DNA of 63,648 nucleotides, the filler included, from Chthonomonadaceae bacterium (lineage in GTDB: Bacteria; Armatimonadota; Chthonomonadetes; Chthonomonadales; Chthonomonadaceae), in assembly GCA_035650735.1 (NCBI GenBank). It is 4 parts of 4 records of this genome, joined end to end, with 100 filler letters (N's around TTAATTAATTAA, not from the genome) between each part and the next. Parts side by side here need not be neighbours in the genome. Positions count along the whole stretch, not along the records: positions 14,287 to 36,397 come from DASRGZ010000155.1; positions 36,498 to 54,650 come from DASRGZ010000157.1; 2 more parts are not named here. One strand, written 5' to 3'. Below, one piece after another: positions 31,844-42,283 of the stretch (its first letter is position 1; each line of letters opens with the position of its first letter). A program made the position numbers and the translations under genes. Below the pieces are notes generated by a model that saw nothing but the letters and a program-made list of their open reading frames with translations, was not told the origin of the DNA and ran no database searches.

Positions 31844-33202
31844 TTGGAGAAAGAGCTGCGAGACGAACCGGCCCTGGCGCCGCCCAACACAGGCAACGGG
31901 AACGGCACCGATTATATGACGCAGGCGGAGGTGGATGCAGCGATGGCGGGGCTTCCGGCCAACGACCGGCGCGGCCCCTTCTATCCGTTCACCTTCCGCA
32001 ACTTCCGGCTGTTCTTCTATGGGCAGACCATCTCGGTAGCCGGCACGTGGATGCAGACGGTGGCGCAGCAGTGGCTCGTCTGGAAGCTTACGGGCTCGGC
32101 AGCCTGGCTGGGCATTGTCTCCGGCGCGAGCGCTATTCCCTACGTCCTCTTTGCCACCTGGGGCGGGCAGGTCGCCGACCGTTATCCGCGGCGCGACACG
32201 CTGGTCTGGACGCAGACGGCGGCGATGATCCTGGCGTTTGTGCTGGCCTTTCTCACCTACGGCTGGTGGATTCCGGTGCAGCCATGGCATGTGGCGCTGC
32301 TGGCGGGGCTATCGGGCATCGTCAATGCCTTCAATATGCCCACGCAGCAGGCGTTTATCACGGATATGGTGGACGACCGGAAGGCGCTGGGCAGCGCGAT
32401 AGCTCTCAACTCCTTCCGCTTCAATATGGCGCGCATCCTGGGACCGATCTTTGCGGGCGTCGTGCTGGTCAAGTGGGGGGCCGCAACCTGTTTCCTGATC
32501 AACGGGCTGAGCTTTATCGCGGTCATCATCTCTCTGTTGATGATGCGGCTTCCTCCCTTTGTCCCGCACGCGCAGCAAATCTCCATGTGGGGCGGCTTCG
32601 GGTATATCTGGCGCAACCGCAGCGTGTTCCGCACCGTTGCCTTGATCGGAGCAGCCAGCCTGTTCGCCTGGTCGGTTTCGACCCTCTATCCCGTGTTTGC
32701 GACCCTGTTCCATCGGGGCGCGCGGGGCTATAGCAATATCCTGTCGGTCAACGGCGTCGGGGCGGCAACGGGCGGACTGACGCTGGCGATCCTGGGGGAG
32801 AGGCTGTCGCGCCGCAAGGCCATCTACGGCGGGGCGTTTCTCTATGGAAGCATGCTGCTGATGCTCTCCTTTGCGCCGACCTATGCGTGGGTGCTGTTCA
32901 GTCTGGCGTGCAGCGGCTTCGCTATGATCTCCCTGGGCATTAGCTGCAACACGAAAGTGCAGGAGGAGGTACCGGACGCGCTGCGGGGCCGGGTCATGGC
33001 GGTCTATTCGCTGGTGTTCAGCGGGCTGATGCCGGTAGGAGGGTTGGAGATCGGGTTCCTGGCCGAGCATCTGAAGGCGGTCACAGCGGTCCAGATCAAC
33101 GCCTCCGTCTTCCTGTTCCTGACGACGACCCTCTTGGTCTGGAGCCTGATAGATGCGCGCGCGTTTGAGCGGGCCGCAGAGCAGTACGATCCGACCGGCT
33201 GA
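31844..33202 (+). CDS. MFS transporter
   Basis: RNFRLFFYGQ..S..GTWMQ, GGQVADRYPRR, LRGRVMAVY; start uncertain (TTG at 31844). Confidence 0.9.
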   Translation: MEKELRDEPALAPPNTGNGNGTDYMTQAEVDAAMAGLPANDRRGPFYPFTFRNFRLFFYGQTISVAGTWMQTVAQQWLVWKLTGSAAWLGIVSGASAIPYVLFATWGGQVADRYPRRDTLVWTQTAAMILAFVLAFLTYGWWIPVQPWHVALLAGLSGIVNAFNMPTQQAFITDMVDDRKALGSAIALNSFRFNMARILGPIFAGVVLVKWGAATCFLINGLSFIAVIISLLMMRLPPFVPHAQQISMWGGFGYIWRNRSVFRTVALIGAASLFAWSVSTLYPVFATLFHRGARGYSNILSVNGVGAATGGLTLAILGERLSRRKAIYGGAFLYGSMLLMLSFAPTYAWVLFSLACSGFAMISLGISCNTKVQEEVPDALRGRVMAVYSLVFSGLMPVGGLEIGFLAEHLKAVTAVQINASVFLFLTTTLLVWSLIDARAFERAAEQYDPTG

Positions 33203-33400
33203 TGCTTTTCAAACCTCTTCTGCCCTCACCCCCGACCCCTCTCCCGGCGCTGCGGGAGAGGGGAGAGTCAGAGTTGGCTTCTGCTCCCCCCTTCTTCCTT
33301 GCAGGGAGAAGGGACGGGGAGGAGGGGAGAGAAGGCAGAACAGAAGAACTTGGGAGAGGGGAGGCTTCACCTCTCCCACGCTGCGGGAGAGGGGAGTTGT

Positions 33401-34519
33401 TCAGGCCCGAATGGCTCCGGCGACGGCGTTAACGAAGAGGCGGCGCACGCGCCCGATGCCTGCGCCCTCCGCCGAACTATAGACCCGATTGGTCAGCAGC
33501 AGCAGCGTCAGATCGGTTTCGGGGTCGAAGAGCAGGAGCGTGCCGGTAAAGCCAGTATGTCCGTAGGCGCGCTCGGAGAGCAGGTCGCCGCGCGGCAGCA
33601 TGCCGTTGGGCGGCGTGAACCAGCCGATGGAGTGCCCGCCGATGGCCGGATCGATCTGGCTGCGTTCCGCCAGTTGGCGCGCGAGTGGGCCGAGCAGAGG
33701 CGGCAAATCTAACTGCGCGGCGGTTATTGCGTTGCGGAAGGCCAGCGCGAAGCGGGCCATGTCCGGCGCGGTGGAAAACAGCCCCGCGTGGCCGGAGATG
33801 CCGCCCATACTGTGGGCGTTGGCGTCATGCACCTGCCCGATAAGCACCTGGTCTTTGCGCCAGGGGCAGTTGGCGGTGGCGGCGACAAAGGGATGCAGGG
33901 TGGCCTCCGGGCAGAAGCCGCTGCGCTCCATGCCAAGCGGTGCGAAGATGCGCTCACGGGCTAGGCGATCCAGCGGCAGACCGGTAACGCGGGCCAGGAT
34001 CTCCCCCAGGAGAATATAGCCCAGATCGCTATAGGTATAGCGCGTGCCGGGTTCGGCTTCGAGCGGCGCCGCCAGGATCGCGACGACGGCGGAGGGCGGC
34101 GTCGCGGCATAGAGCGGCTTCCAGGCGGGCAGGCCACTGGTGTGGGTTGCCAGTTGCCGCAGGGTGATCGGCCCGATCGGCGTCCCGGCGGCTTCCGGCA
34201 GAAAGTCGGCAACCTGCTGGCCAAGATGTAGCCGTCCCTCCTCCACGCACATCAGCAGTAGGGTCGCCGTGATCGGCTTGGTGAGGGAAGCCATGTCGAA
34301 AACCGTATCCAGCCAGGCCGGTATGGGCGGATCGGCGTCCGGCTGCGCCAGGCCGAGTGCTCCCTGCGCGGCGATCCGGCCCTGTCGCATCACCAGATAG
34401 ACAGCAGCGGGAAACACGCCCTCAGCAAGACCGCGCCTCAGCACGGCCTCCGCGCGCTGCAAGCGTTCGACGTCAAAGCCCAGAGATTGCGGCAAAGCGG
34501 CCAGGTTCGCAATATCCAT
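33401..34519 (-). CDS. Serine hydrolase (beta-lactamase-related)
   Basis: SLTK (SxxK), YSD, GHAGLFS, GHTGFTG. Confidence 0.9.
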   Translation of the reverse strand: MDIANLAALPQSLGFDVERLQRAEAVLRRGLAEGVFPAAVYLVMRQGRIAAQGALGLAQPDADPPIPAWLDTVFDMASLTKPITATLLLMCVEEGRLHLGQQVADFLPEAAGTPIGPITLRQLATHTSGLPAWKPLYAATPPSAVVAILAAPLEAEPGTRYTYSDLGYILLGEILARVTGLPLDRLARERIFAPLGMERSGFCPEATLHPFVAATANCPWRKDQVLIGQVHDANAHSMGGISGHAGLFSTAPDMARFALAFRNAITAAQLDLPPLLGPLARQLAERSQIDPAIGGHSIGWFTPPNGMLPRGDLLSERAYGHTGFTGTLLLFDPETDLTLLLLTNRVYSSAEGAGIGRVRRLFVNAVAGAIRA

Positions 34520-34525
34520 AGGATG

Positions 34526-35695
34526 TCATGTCCAGGAGATGAAATAGGTAAACCAGCGCCGATGCGCCGGGTATTCCCCGCTCTGCGGGGAGGGGTTCGC
34601 GCCGGGAGGATAGGCAACCATGCGCAGGTGTTCCGGCCCCGGCTGGCCCAGCGCAAACCAGCGGGCGATGTGCTGCTCCAACACGTCGGCTATGTGCTGG
34701 CTGCCCCATCCGTAGAGGACAGTAGGGGTTCCCCTCTCCAGAAAGCACAGGGTTTCCCTGTCCGTATCCGCCAGACCGTATCGGATCTCGATGGCGTTCT
34801 CTCCGGTAGGTTTCATGCGCGCCACCATGCGCGGCTCCTGGACGGCGAGGAAGAACCGAAGGTTGTCTTCTCCCGGCGCTTCGAGCGGTTCTGGCAGCAG
34901 AGCGCAGGGCCTCTCCCACCGCTCGCCGGATTGCAGACGGCTCAGCCGCGCGACGTCGGCAGGCAGCAACCGTTCGGAAAACCAGGTATGTCCCTCTGTA
35001 TCGGCAAGCAGGGGACGGCTGTACTCGCCGCGTAGCGGCATATAGCCATAGAAGGCGTGATCTACCAGGCGCAGCCTGCCCTCCTCCTTCTGAAAGGCCA
35101 ATCCGCGCTGCTGCATACCCAGCACAACCCAGGGCAATACGAGTCGTCCCCCTTCCTGCAACTGCGCAAACCATGCCGGGGCAATATCATAGGCGCTCGC
35201 GGTGAGGATGATTCGATCATAGGGGGCCTCTGCGGCGTAACCCTGCCAGCCGTCGGCATGAAGGACATGCACGCCCGGATAGCCTGCCGCCGCCAGATGT
35301 TGCCGCGCCTCTTCGCAGATCGAATTGTCCACGTCCAGCGACCACACCTGGTCGGCGCAGCCCGTCAACTCCGCCAGCACAGCCGCGTTGTAACCCGTGC
35401 CCGCCCCGATCTCCAGCACCTTCATCCCTGGCTCCACCTGGAGTTGCCGAAGCATCAGCGCCATGGCGGTCGGCTGGCTGGAGGAGGAGATCGCCATGCC
35501 CTGATACTCCGGGTGCGTCCGCGTGACGATGGCCTCATCGGCATAGACCTCGTCTAAGCTCCGTCCCGGCAGGAAATGGTGGCGCAGCACGGTGCGGAAG
35601 GCACGCTCCATTTCGAGGGAAGGGAGCACGCCGCCGGCTCGCATGGCATCCACCAGGGCGTCATTGCGTTTCCGCGCCTCAATCTCCTCCTGCAT
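34526..35695 (-). CDS. Protein-L-isoaspartate O-methyltransferase-like with C-terminal extension
   Basis: SSSSQP, VLEIGAGTGYNAA, APYDRII; start at MQEEIE. Confidence 0.85.
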   Translation of the reverse strand: MQEEIEARKRNDALVDAMRAGGVLPSLEMERAFRTVLRHHFLPGRSLDEVYADEAIVTRTHPEYQGMAISSSSQPTAMALMLRQLQVEPGMKVLEIGAGTGYNAAVLAELTGCADQVWSLDVDNSICEEARQHLAAAGYPGVHVLHADGWQGYAAEAPYDRIILTASAYDIAPAWFAQLQEGGRLVLPWVVLGMQQRGLAFQKEEGRLRLVDHAFYGYMPLRGEYSRPLLADTEGHTWFSERLLPADVARLSRLQSGERWERPCALLPEPLEAPGEDNLRFFLAVQEPRMVARMKPTGENAIEIRYGLADTDRETLCFLERGTPTVLYGWGSQHIADVLEQHIARWFALGQPGPEHLRMVAYPPGANPSPQSGEYPAHRRWFTYFISWT

Positions 35696-35852
35696 TGCAT
35701 TGCCCCCTGCGGCCCTCACCCAACCGGCCTCACCCCCAACCCCTCTCCTTCTAAAGGAGAGGGGAGAGGAGAAGCCAAGTCTCCCCTCCCCTGTTCTTGG
35801 GGGAGGGGGTGGGGGCCAGACTTGAAGCCCGCTTGCCTGGCAGCCTCTCTGC

Positions 35853-36397
35853 CTATCGAGAACGGACGGAACGCTTGCCGAGGCGTTCGGCAATACGGTG
35901 GATGACGCCCGCGACCTGCTCGCGCGCCGTCACTATGATGTCTATCTTCCCGCCGGCCAGCGAACCGGCGACAAACACGCCGGGTACATTGGTCTCAAAG
36001 GTTTCGGGGTCGCGTTCCGGGCGTCCGTCCGGCTGGAGGCAGAGGCCCATCTTGCGGAAGAGCGTGGTATCGCCACGCTGCCCCAGCAACGCGAAGACAA
36101 AGCGGGCCGGAACGGGGTAAGGCTCGCCGGTCGGCCTACCGCCCAGCGGATGCGCCGGATCGTATTCGGCGGGCTGGAGCCAGGCGACCTGCGGCTCGAT
36201 ACGGGCCACAATCATGCCGGTGCGCAGGTCCACCTTCTTTTCGTTGACCGCAAACTCCAGGTCGCGCACGACGAAGGGACGCAGGTGGCTCTGGTAAGCG
36301 ACCGGCGGGCGGCGCATCGCGAAGATGACCCGGGCGCGCGCCTCGGAAAGCATCAGCGCGGCATTGACCGCCGAGTTGCCCCCGCCGACGACCAGCA
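35853..36397 (-). CDS. YpdA/thioredoxin reductase-like FAD oxidoreductase, 5'-partial at gap
   Basis: LVVGGGNSAV (read upstream of the listed ORF), ETNVPGVFVAG. Confidence 0.75.
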
Positions 36398-36497
36398 NNN
36401 NNNNNNNNNNNNNNNNNNNNNNNNNNNNNNNNNNNNNNNNNTTAATTAATTAANNNNNNNNNNNNNNNNNNNNNNNNNNNNNNNNNNNNNNNNNNNN
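36398..36497. other. Assembly gap / artificial contig linker
   Basis: N-run with TTAATTAATTAA. Confidence 0.99.
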
Positions 36498-36628
36498 TCG
36501 TGTTCGAGCTGGCGGACGGGCTCTCCGTCGAGGAAGTGTCCGCTCTCCAGGACTGAAAGCAGAGCGGCATCGATGTCTGCCTTGAGGCGCTGGTACTGAG
36601 TGGGCAAGTCGGCCAGTGGAACTCTCAA
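36498..36628 (-). CDS. DegT/DnrJ/EryC1/StrS aminotransferase, N-terminus only (cut by gap)
   Basis: VPLADL..QY..LKADIDAA...VLESG.F..G..V..LE. Confidence 0.8.
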
Positions 36629-36762
36629 ACCTTCCTCCCTCGCTACTTGAATTCAAACTCATACACTGGGCTGTTTTGCAAATAATCCTTACTTGATACG
36701 ATTATCTGGCCGCATCTGCTGCAAAACGTCGCCTTTCCTGTCAGAAAAGGAGGAAAGTGACG

Positions 36763-37689
36763 CTACCCTGGATCACTCGCGCTCGGGCTCTCCGTGACAT
36801 GCAGGACCTCTTCGACAGCCTGGCGCGCTGCCTCACCGGCCTCGGGATCGCGCAGTGCAGCGCGGACAAAGGCGGCAAAGAAGCTCTCAAAGTTGCCGAT
36901 GTCGCGGCGGGCCTCCCCGGCGCGCAAGGGCACCGCCCACAGCGGCGCTCCGGCGCGGCGTAGGGCGCGCACGGCATCTATCATATTGAGTTCGCCGCGC
37001 GCATCCAGCGGCGTGCGGCGCAGTGCCGGAAAAATGGCGGGCTGCAATGTCAGACGCGCCGCCACGACCAGGTTGCTGGGCGCTTCCTCGCGCGCAGGCT
37101 TTTCGATAATATCGGCGGCGGCAAACGGCTCGGTCGGCAGGGAGGGCAGCGGGCGCTCCGGGGCCAGCACGCCATAGCGCGATACCTTGTCCCAGGAGAC
37201 CGCTTCCACAAGCACGGAGGCCGCCGCATCGTGCTCTGTGTGGGTTGCCATCAGGCGGCGCAGCGGCTCAGAGGGATCGCCAGGTGGATCGGCTTCGATC
37301 AGGCAATCTCCGAAGGCCACCACGAAAGGCTCTGCGCCGACCCACTCCTCTGCGTAGAGCAGGGCATCGCCCGATCCTCGCTGCTCCTTCTGGATCACGT
37401 AGTCGCAGCGCAGCGTCGGCAGATCCGCGCGGGCTGTATCGCCCGTATGCTCCGCGCCGAAGAAGGCCCGTATCTGCGGCTTGTTCTCTGAGACGATAAA
37501 CAGCGCCTGCGTAATGCCGGCCCCGCGCAACTCCTCCGCGACATAGGCCAGCACGGGTTGCCGCCCGACAGGCAGCAGTTCTTTGGGGATAGCCCGCGTG
37601 AGAGGGCGCAAGCGCGTGCCGAGACCCGCGGCAGGGATAACGGCCTTCTGGATGCGAGAAGGAACGGGCGTGGAGGGCAAAACGGACAT
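36763..37689 (-). CDS. galU: UTP-glucose-1-phosphate uridylyltransferase-like nucleotidyltransferase
   Basis: KAVIPAAGLGTRL.P.T.AIPKELLPV, SRYGV, IIEKP. Confidence 0.75.
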   Translation of the reverse strand: MSVLPSTPVPSRIQKAVIPAAGLGTRLRPLTRAIPKELLPVGRQPVLAYVAEELRGAGITQALFIVSENKPQIRAFFGAEHTGDTARADLPTLRCDYVIQKEQRGSGDALLYAEEWVGAEPFVVAFGDCLIEADPPGDPSEPLRRLMATHTEHDAAASVLVEAVSWDKVSRYGVLAPERPLPSLPTEPFAAADIIEKPAREEAPSNLVVAARLTLQPAIFPALRRTPLDARGELNMIDAVRALRRAGAPLWAVPLRAGEARRDIGNFESFFAAFVRAALRDPEAGEAARQAVEEVLHVTESPSASDPG

Positions 37690-37795
37690 GAAGCCTCTCA
37701 TCAATGAGGATGACTGCGCGGTATCTTCTTAGCGCGGCCTGGCGCCGAATTTTCGCCTGCATTGTAGCAGATCGAGGCGGCAGTGTCAATCCTCA

Positions 37796-37825
37796 TTGAC
37801 GGGAGGGACATCTATCCCCTATAAT
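37796..37825 (+). promoter_or_regulatory. Sigma70-type promoter
   Basis: TTGACG, 18 bp, TATAAT upstream of the PPIase gene. Confidence 0.6.
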
Positions 37826-37937
37826 ACACGGGCGGTGCCGGTAAGGCGATCAGGAACCGCGCCGCCTTCTCTTGCCGTAATCGTAACGGATCGCTCTCAT
37901 CAGGCCGTAAGCGGCCTTCGTTTGAAAGGAGATGTGC

Positions 37938-39143
37938 ATGTTGAAGAACGCATGGCCCGCGTTGCTGGCTGCCTCCCTGTGGGCCGTGGCCCCGGCGCCC
38001 TCCCAGGCGCAGGGCGCAAACAACAAGCCCGCCCCGCAGAAGCCGGCTTCGGTAGGCGCGGCCAGGCCGGCCGTTCCCACGGCGGCGGCCAACTCGGAAG
38101 TCGTCGCCAGCGTGGACGGCAAGCCGATTACCTGGGACCAGTTGTTCGAGCGCGTTCGTAAGGAGAACCCGGAAGGGTTCCTCCAGTCCGTCGGGCAGGC
38201 GGTCGGCCTGAAGGCGGCGGATACCCTGTTCGGCCCGGACAACAAGGCCCAGTTTACCATTACCCGCGCGCAGGCATTGGCGGCGCTCCGCCAGCAGCCG
38301 ACACAGTTGGTACGCATGGTTCTACAGCGTATGCTGGTGGAGGAGGCGCTTAACCAGGTCGCTGCCAGGGAGGGCGTGCAGTTGACCGACGCCCAGATGA
38401 ACGCCCACCTGACAAGACTGCTCCAGAACGCGCGCAAGCGCAAGCTTATCCCCGACAACCTCACCGACGACCAGTTCCTGACGCAACTAGGCTATACGCG
38501 CGCGTCGTTTGCGGCCACCCAGCGCCCTATCTGGCAGGCCGATGCCCTGATTGAAAAGGATCTGGAAAAGACCTATGGCCATCCGATCGGCGCGGGAGAC
38601 TTTATCCAGGCGCGGCATATCTTGATTTCGGTACCCCAGCCGACCCCGGACATGAAAGAGGAGAACATCAAGAAGCAAGACGCTGACGCGCTCGCCAAGA
38701 TCACCCAGATCGCCAAGGAGATCAAGTCCGGCAAGAAGACCTTCGAGCAGGCGGCCCAGGAGAACAGCGACGATCCCTCCAAGGCCAACGGTGGCGATCT
38801 GGGCGTATTCATGCGCGGCAGCATGGTCAAGCCCTTCGAGGATAAGGCGTTCAGCCTCAAGCCAGGCGAGGTCAGCGAGCCTGTGCGCACGCAGTTCGGG
38901 TATCATTTAATCAAGGTGGAGAAGCTGGGCCAGGACATCCCGGCGGAGGAGCGCGAGGCGGCCCTGGAGCAGTACGACCAGAAGCGCCTGCAATCGTTCA
39001 TCGGGCTGGTGATGACCCAGCGCGTGAAGGTCGTCAATAACATGCCGCAGCCTCCGGCGTCTGCGACGGGGCCGATGATGCCCGGACGTCCCGTCGGTGC
39101 GGCGGGGCGTAGCCCGCAGGATAATTCCGCTTCTGGCCGATAA
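37938..39143 (+). CDS. Exported parvulin-type peptidyl-prolyl isomerase (PrsA/SurA-like)
   Basis: Signal peptide, ARHILI, GGDLG.F, FEDKAF, TQFGYHLIK. Confidence 0.9.
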   Translation: MLKNAWPALLAASLWAVAPAPSQAQGANNKPAPQKPASVGAARPAVPTAAANSEVVASVDGKPITWDQLFERVRKENPEGFLQSVGQAVGLKAADTLFGPDNKAQFTITRAQALAALRQQPTQLVRMVLQRMLVEEALNQVAAREGVQLTDAQMNAHLTRLLQNARKRKLIPDNLTDDQFLTQLGYTRASFAATQRPIWQADALIEKDLEKTYGHPIGAGDFIQARHILISVPQPTPDMKEENIKKQDADALAKITQIAKEIKSGKKTFEQAAQENSDDPSKANGGDLGVFMRGSMVKPFEDKAFSLKPGEVSEPVRTQFGYHLIKVEKLGQDIPAEEREAALEQYDQKRLQSFIGLVMTQRVKVVNNMPQPPASATGPMMPGRPVGAAGRSPQDNSASGR

Positions 39144-39352
39144 TCCCGCCAGGAGACCTCCTGCAAAGTTAGCTCTGCTGTTCGTGCTAAGCGCAGTGAA
39201 TCGCCCTTTTCCCGGGGAGGCTTCGCTGCACGGACTCTCCCCTCCCCTGTTCTTGGGGGAGGGGTGGCCGCAGGCCGGGGTGGGGCCGTTCTCATTCTCC
39301 CTGCCGCGCGAAGAGGGGCGCGGGTGGACGATCGAAGGTGAATGAGGTTGCC

Positions 39353-41698
39353 ATGATTCTGAGGAAAGCTGTATGGGGCGTCGCGTGCCTGCTATTGCTG
39401 ACAGGCGTCGCGTACCGCAGGGGACAGGCTGCCGACCGGCTGGAAGGCGCGGCGTGGAGCGTAACGGCGGCAGGTTTCGAGGATAAAGGGATTCGGGCCT
39501 TGAGCGGCGCGGACGGTGTGGTCGCGTCGGCCACGCGCGGCGGGGCGCGCTGCCTGACTACGCAGGCAGGAACCACGCCGCCCTCTGCCTACCTCTACTT
39601 TCAGGTGGATGCGGGCCGCGCGCAGGGGGCGAGCGGGCCGATCTACGCGGTGGTCAGCTATTTTGACGATGGGATCGGCGCGGGGCTGCGGCTGGAGTAC
39701 GACAGCGCAATCGGCGACGATCTGGGCGCGAAGTATCGGGCGGCAGAGGAGCAGGCGGGCGGCTGGTCGCTCGGAGCCAGGCAGTGGAAGACCGCCATCT
39801 TCCGTTTGCAGCGCCCGCTCTTCGCCCATCGGGAGAACCTGGGCGCGGATTTCCGCCTGAGCGGGCCGCGCCTCTTCGTCCGCTCGGTGCGGTTGACGCA
39901 CGCGCGCCCGGCTAACTGGGAGGAGGCCGACCGAATCGGGGTGGTGGACGTGAAGCCGCTGGTGCATATCGGGCCGGGAAAGCAGCTTATTATCGGCGGG
40001 TTTGACCCGGCCCATGTGTCCGACGCCGTACCCCAATCCCGCGCTCTGGAAGCGGCCATGCCCGCGCTTAAATCGCTCGGCGTGACCAGCCATGAGGGCT
40101 ATGTGCGCTGGAACCTCTGCGAGCCTGCGCCGGGCCGCTACGATTGGAGCGTCTACGACCGGTTCGTGCAGGTCTACAAGCGGCACGGGCTGAAGTGGGT
40201 GCCGTTCCTCATCATCGGCTCGGCCTACAGCCTGCCGGATTGGTACTACAAAAAGCCGGGTTCGCAGGGCTACGTCTGCCTGGAGCACGGTCAGGAGTCG
40301 GACGTGCAATCGCTCTGGAACCCGACCCTGCGCCAGCATGTCGCCCGCTTCATCAAAGCCTTCTGCGACCACTATCGCCCGACCGGCGTCATCGAGTCGA
40401 TTCTGCTCGGCATCACCGGCAACTACGGCGAAGCCATCTATCCCGTCACCGGCAACGACTGGACGGCGGATATTCACGGGCCGTATCATACACATCCGGG
40501 CTATTGGGCGGGCGATAAGTACGCGGTGGAGAGCTTCCGGCTCTGGCTGATCCAGAAGTACGGCGGCACGAGCCGATTGCGCGACGCCTGGGGGACGCAG
40601 TTTGGCAACATCAATCAGGTGCGGCCCTTCCTGCGCAAAGATGCCCCCAACGACCGCGCCTGGCTGGATTTCGTGGACTGGTACATCGGCTCCATGACCG
40701 ACTACGCGCGCTTCTGGCTGCGCGAGACGCGCAAGAACTTCCCGCAGGGTGGCATCTACCTGTGCACAGGCGGGCATGCGCCGCCGGAGCACGGCTCGGA
40801 CTTCGGCGCGCAGTGCAAGGCGGCGGCGGAGATTGGCGGGGGCGTGCGCATCACCAACGAGGGCAGCGACTACCGCGCCAACTTCTCCCTGACGCGCTGG
40901 GTGGCCTCGGCGGGCCGGCAGTACCGCGCCTACTTCAGCTTTGAGCCGGCGGGCGGGGTGGATGCCAACGGCGTCATCGCCCGCATCTATAACGCGGCGA
41001 CCTCCGGCGCCCTCGGCCTGCACTACTACTTCCCCAACCTCTTCGACAGCGAGCAGGCCCGCCAGAACTTTATCCGCTGGGGCGGGCAGTTCCGGGATTA
41101 TCGGCCCTACGCAGAGATCGCCGTCTACTACCCGGAGACCTATATCAAGCTTCACGGCAACGACTTCCTGGGCCGCGTTCAGCCCCTGCGCGACCGCTTC
41201 GACTTCGACTACATGAGCGACGGGCAGATCGCCGACGGCGGTCTGGAGCGCGTGAAGGCGCTGATTTTGCTGGAGGGCAGCGTCTCCGAGGCGAAGACCT
41301 GGCAGGCCATTACGGAGTGGGTGCGGCAGGGCGGCGTGCTGTTCTACGCGGACGGCATGGGCCGCCTGCGCACGGTGGAGGGAGACGACAGCCCCTACAG
41401 GAATCTGCTGGGAGTGGACGCCAATCAAGGCAAGGGACGCGTCCTGGTCTTCCACGGCAATCCCGACAGCGCCGAGTACCGCGCCTTCGTGACGGGCGAG
41501 CTGGCGAAGCTGGACCGACTCAGCCCGGCGGTACGCGCGATGGTTCAGGGGGACGGCCAGGAGGACGGCGTCTTTGTCGCCGCCTGCAAGCCCAACCTCC
41601 TCGTCTGGCTCAACTACACGCCCAACCCCGCCCGCAAGGAAGGCAGCCTCACTCTGCCGCCCTTCTCGATTGTCACCTCGGAGGTTGGGCCGCGTTAA
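39353..41698 (+). CDS. Secreted glycoside hydrolase (GH14/GH42-like TIM barrel)
   Basis: Signal peptide; YVRWNLCEPAPGRYDWS, GNYGEAIYP, C-terminal trimerisation-like domain. Confidence 0.7.
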   Translation: MILRKAVWGVACLLLLTGVAYRRGQAADRLEGAAWSVTAAGFEDKGIRALSGADGVVASATRGGARCLTTQAGTTPPSAYLYFQVDAGRAQGASGPIYAVVSYFDDGIGAGLRLEYDSAIGDDLGAKYRAAEEQAGGWSLGARQWKTAIFRLQRPLFAHRENLGADFRLSGPRLFVRSVRLTHARPANWEEADRIGVVDVKPLVHIGPGKQLIIGGFDPAHVSDAVPQSRALEAAMPALKSLGVTSHEGYVRWNLCEPAPGRYDWSVYDRFVQVYKRHGLKWVPFLIIGSAYSLPDWYYKKPGSQGYVCLEHGQESDVQSLWNPTLRQHVARFIKAFCDHYRPTGVIESILLGITGNYGEAIYPVTGNDWTADIHGPYHTHPGYWAGDKYAVESFRLWLIQKYGGTSRLRDAWGTQFGNINQVRPFLRKDAPNDRAWLDFVDWYIGSMTDYARFWLRETRKNFPQGGIYLCTGGHAPPEHGSDFGAQCKAAAEIGGGVRITNEGSDYRANFSLTRWVASAGRQYRAYFSFEPAGGVDANGVIARIYNAATSGALGLHYYFPNLFDSEQARQNFIRWGGQFRDYRPYAEIAVYYPETYIKLHGNDFLGRVQPLRDRFDFDYMSDGQIADGGLERVKALILLEGSVSEAKTWQAITEWVRQGGVLFYADGMGRLRTVEGDDSPYRNLLGVDANQGKGRVLVFHGNPDSAEYRAFVTGELAKLDRLSPAVRAMVQGDGQEDGVFVAACKPNLLVWLNYTPNPARKEGSLTLPPFSIVTSEVGPR

Positions 41699-41760
41699 GC
41701 TTCCAGCGAGAGAAAGGCAGGCAGGGAAGCTTTGGGTGAGATGGCTGAAGAAGGCGGCGC

Positions 41761-42102
41761 TCAGGCGATTGCAAACTCGGTCTGGGAACGCACCGAGGGC
41801 GGTTGAAAGCCCAGAACAATGTCTTCCTTCGGCACGCCGTTCGCCACCAACTCATTGGCGATGCCGTCTTCCGTCCAGTCCTCCTCAATCCATATCTTGC
41901 CGTCCTGAATGCGTAGATAGAGGGTTGCGCCGTGCAGACGGCGTTCCCCTACCCAGCCGGTATTGACTAGCAGGTACTGGTCCCGCTCCTCATCCAGCGC
42001 GCAATACTGCTCATGGCCCTCTTGCCCGCAGCGGCGAAACAGCGCCTCTTTTTCCAGCAGCAGGCGCTTGATAAGGGTGCGATAGCGGCTTACTCGATCC
42101 AT
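41761..42102 (-). CDS. xisI: XisI family protein
   Basis: DEERDQYLL..GW, GKIWIEEDWTEDGIANELVANGVPKEDIVLGF. Confidence 0.9.
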   Translation of the reverse strand: MDRVSRYRTLIKRLLLEKEALFRRCGQEGHEQYCALDEERDQYLLVNTGWVGERRLHGATLYLRIQDGKIWIEEDWTEDGIANELVANGVPKEDIVLGFQPPSVRSQTEFAIA

Positions 42103-42283
42103 CGGACGATCTCCTCCTTCGTGACATTGACGACCAGAATCGCCATCCGGCTTAAAACCACAACTTCCCGCAGGCCGTCTCGCTCCAGAATGCTATGATA
42201 CGCCTCCTCACTCACGGCCAGATAGACTTGATGTCCACTCCCGGTCAACTGAACGAGATAGCAGTAGAACTGGTATTGACCTA
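42090..42283 (-). pseudogene. xisH: XisH C-terminal remnant truncated by IS630
   Basis: LGQY..Y...VYLAVS...EEIVRWIE, overlapping the xisI start. Confidence 0.8.

Noticed and set aside
39392..41455. Long antisense ORFs (e.g. 687 aa here, 466 aa at 6448-7848, 509 aa at 42872-44401)
   Set aside because: Shadow frames of GC-rich genes; only the IS630 HTH portion of the last one is real.
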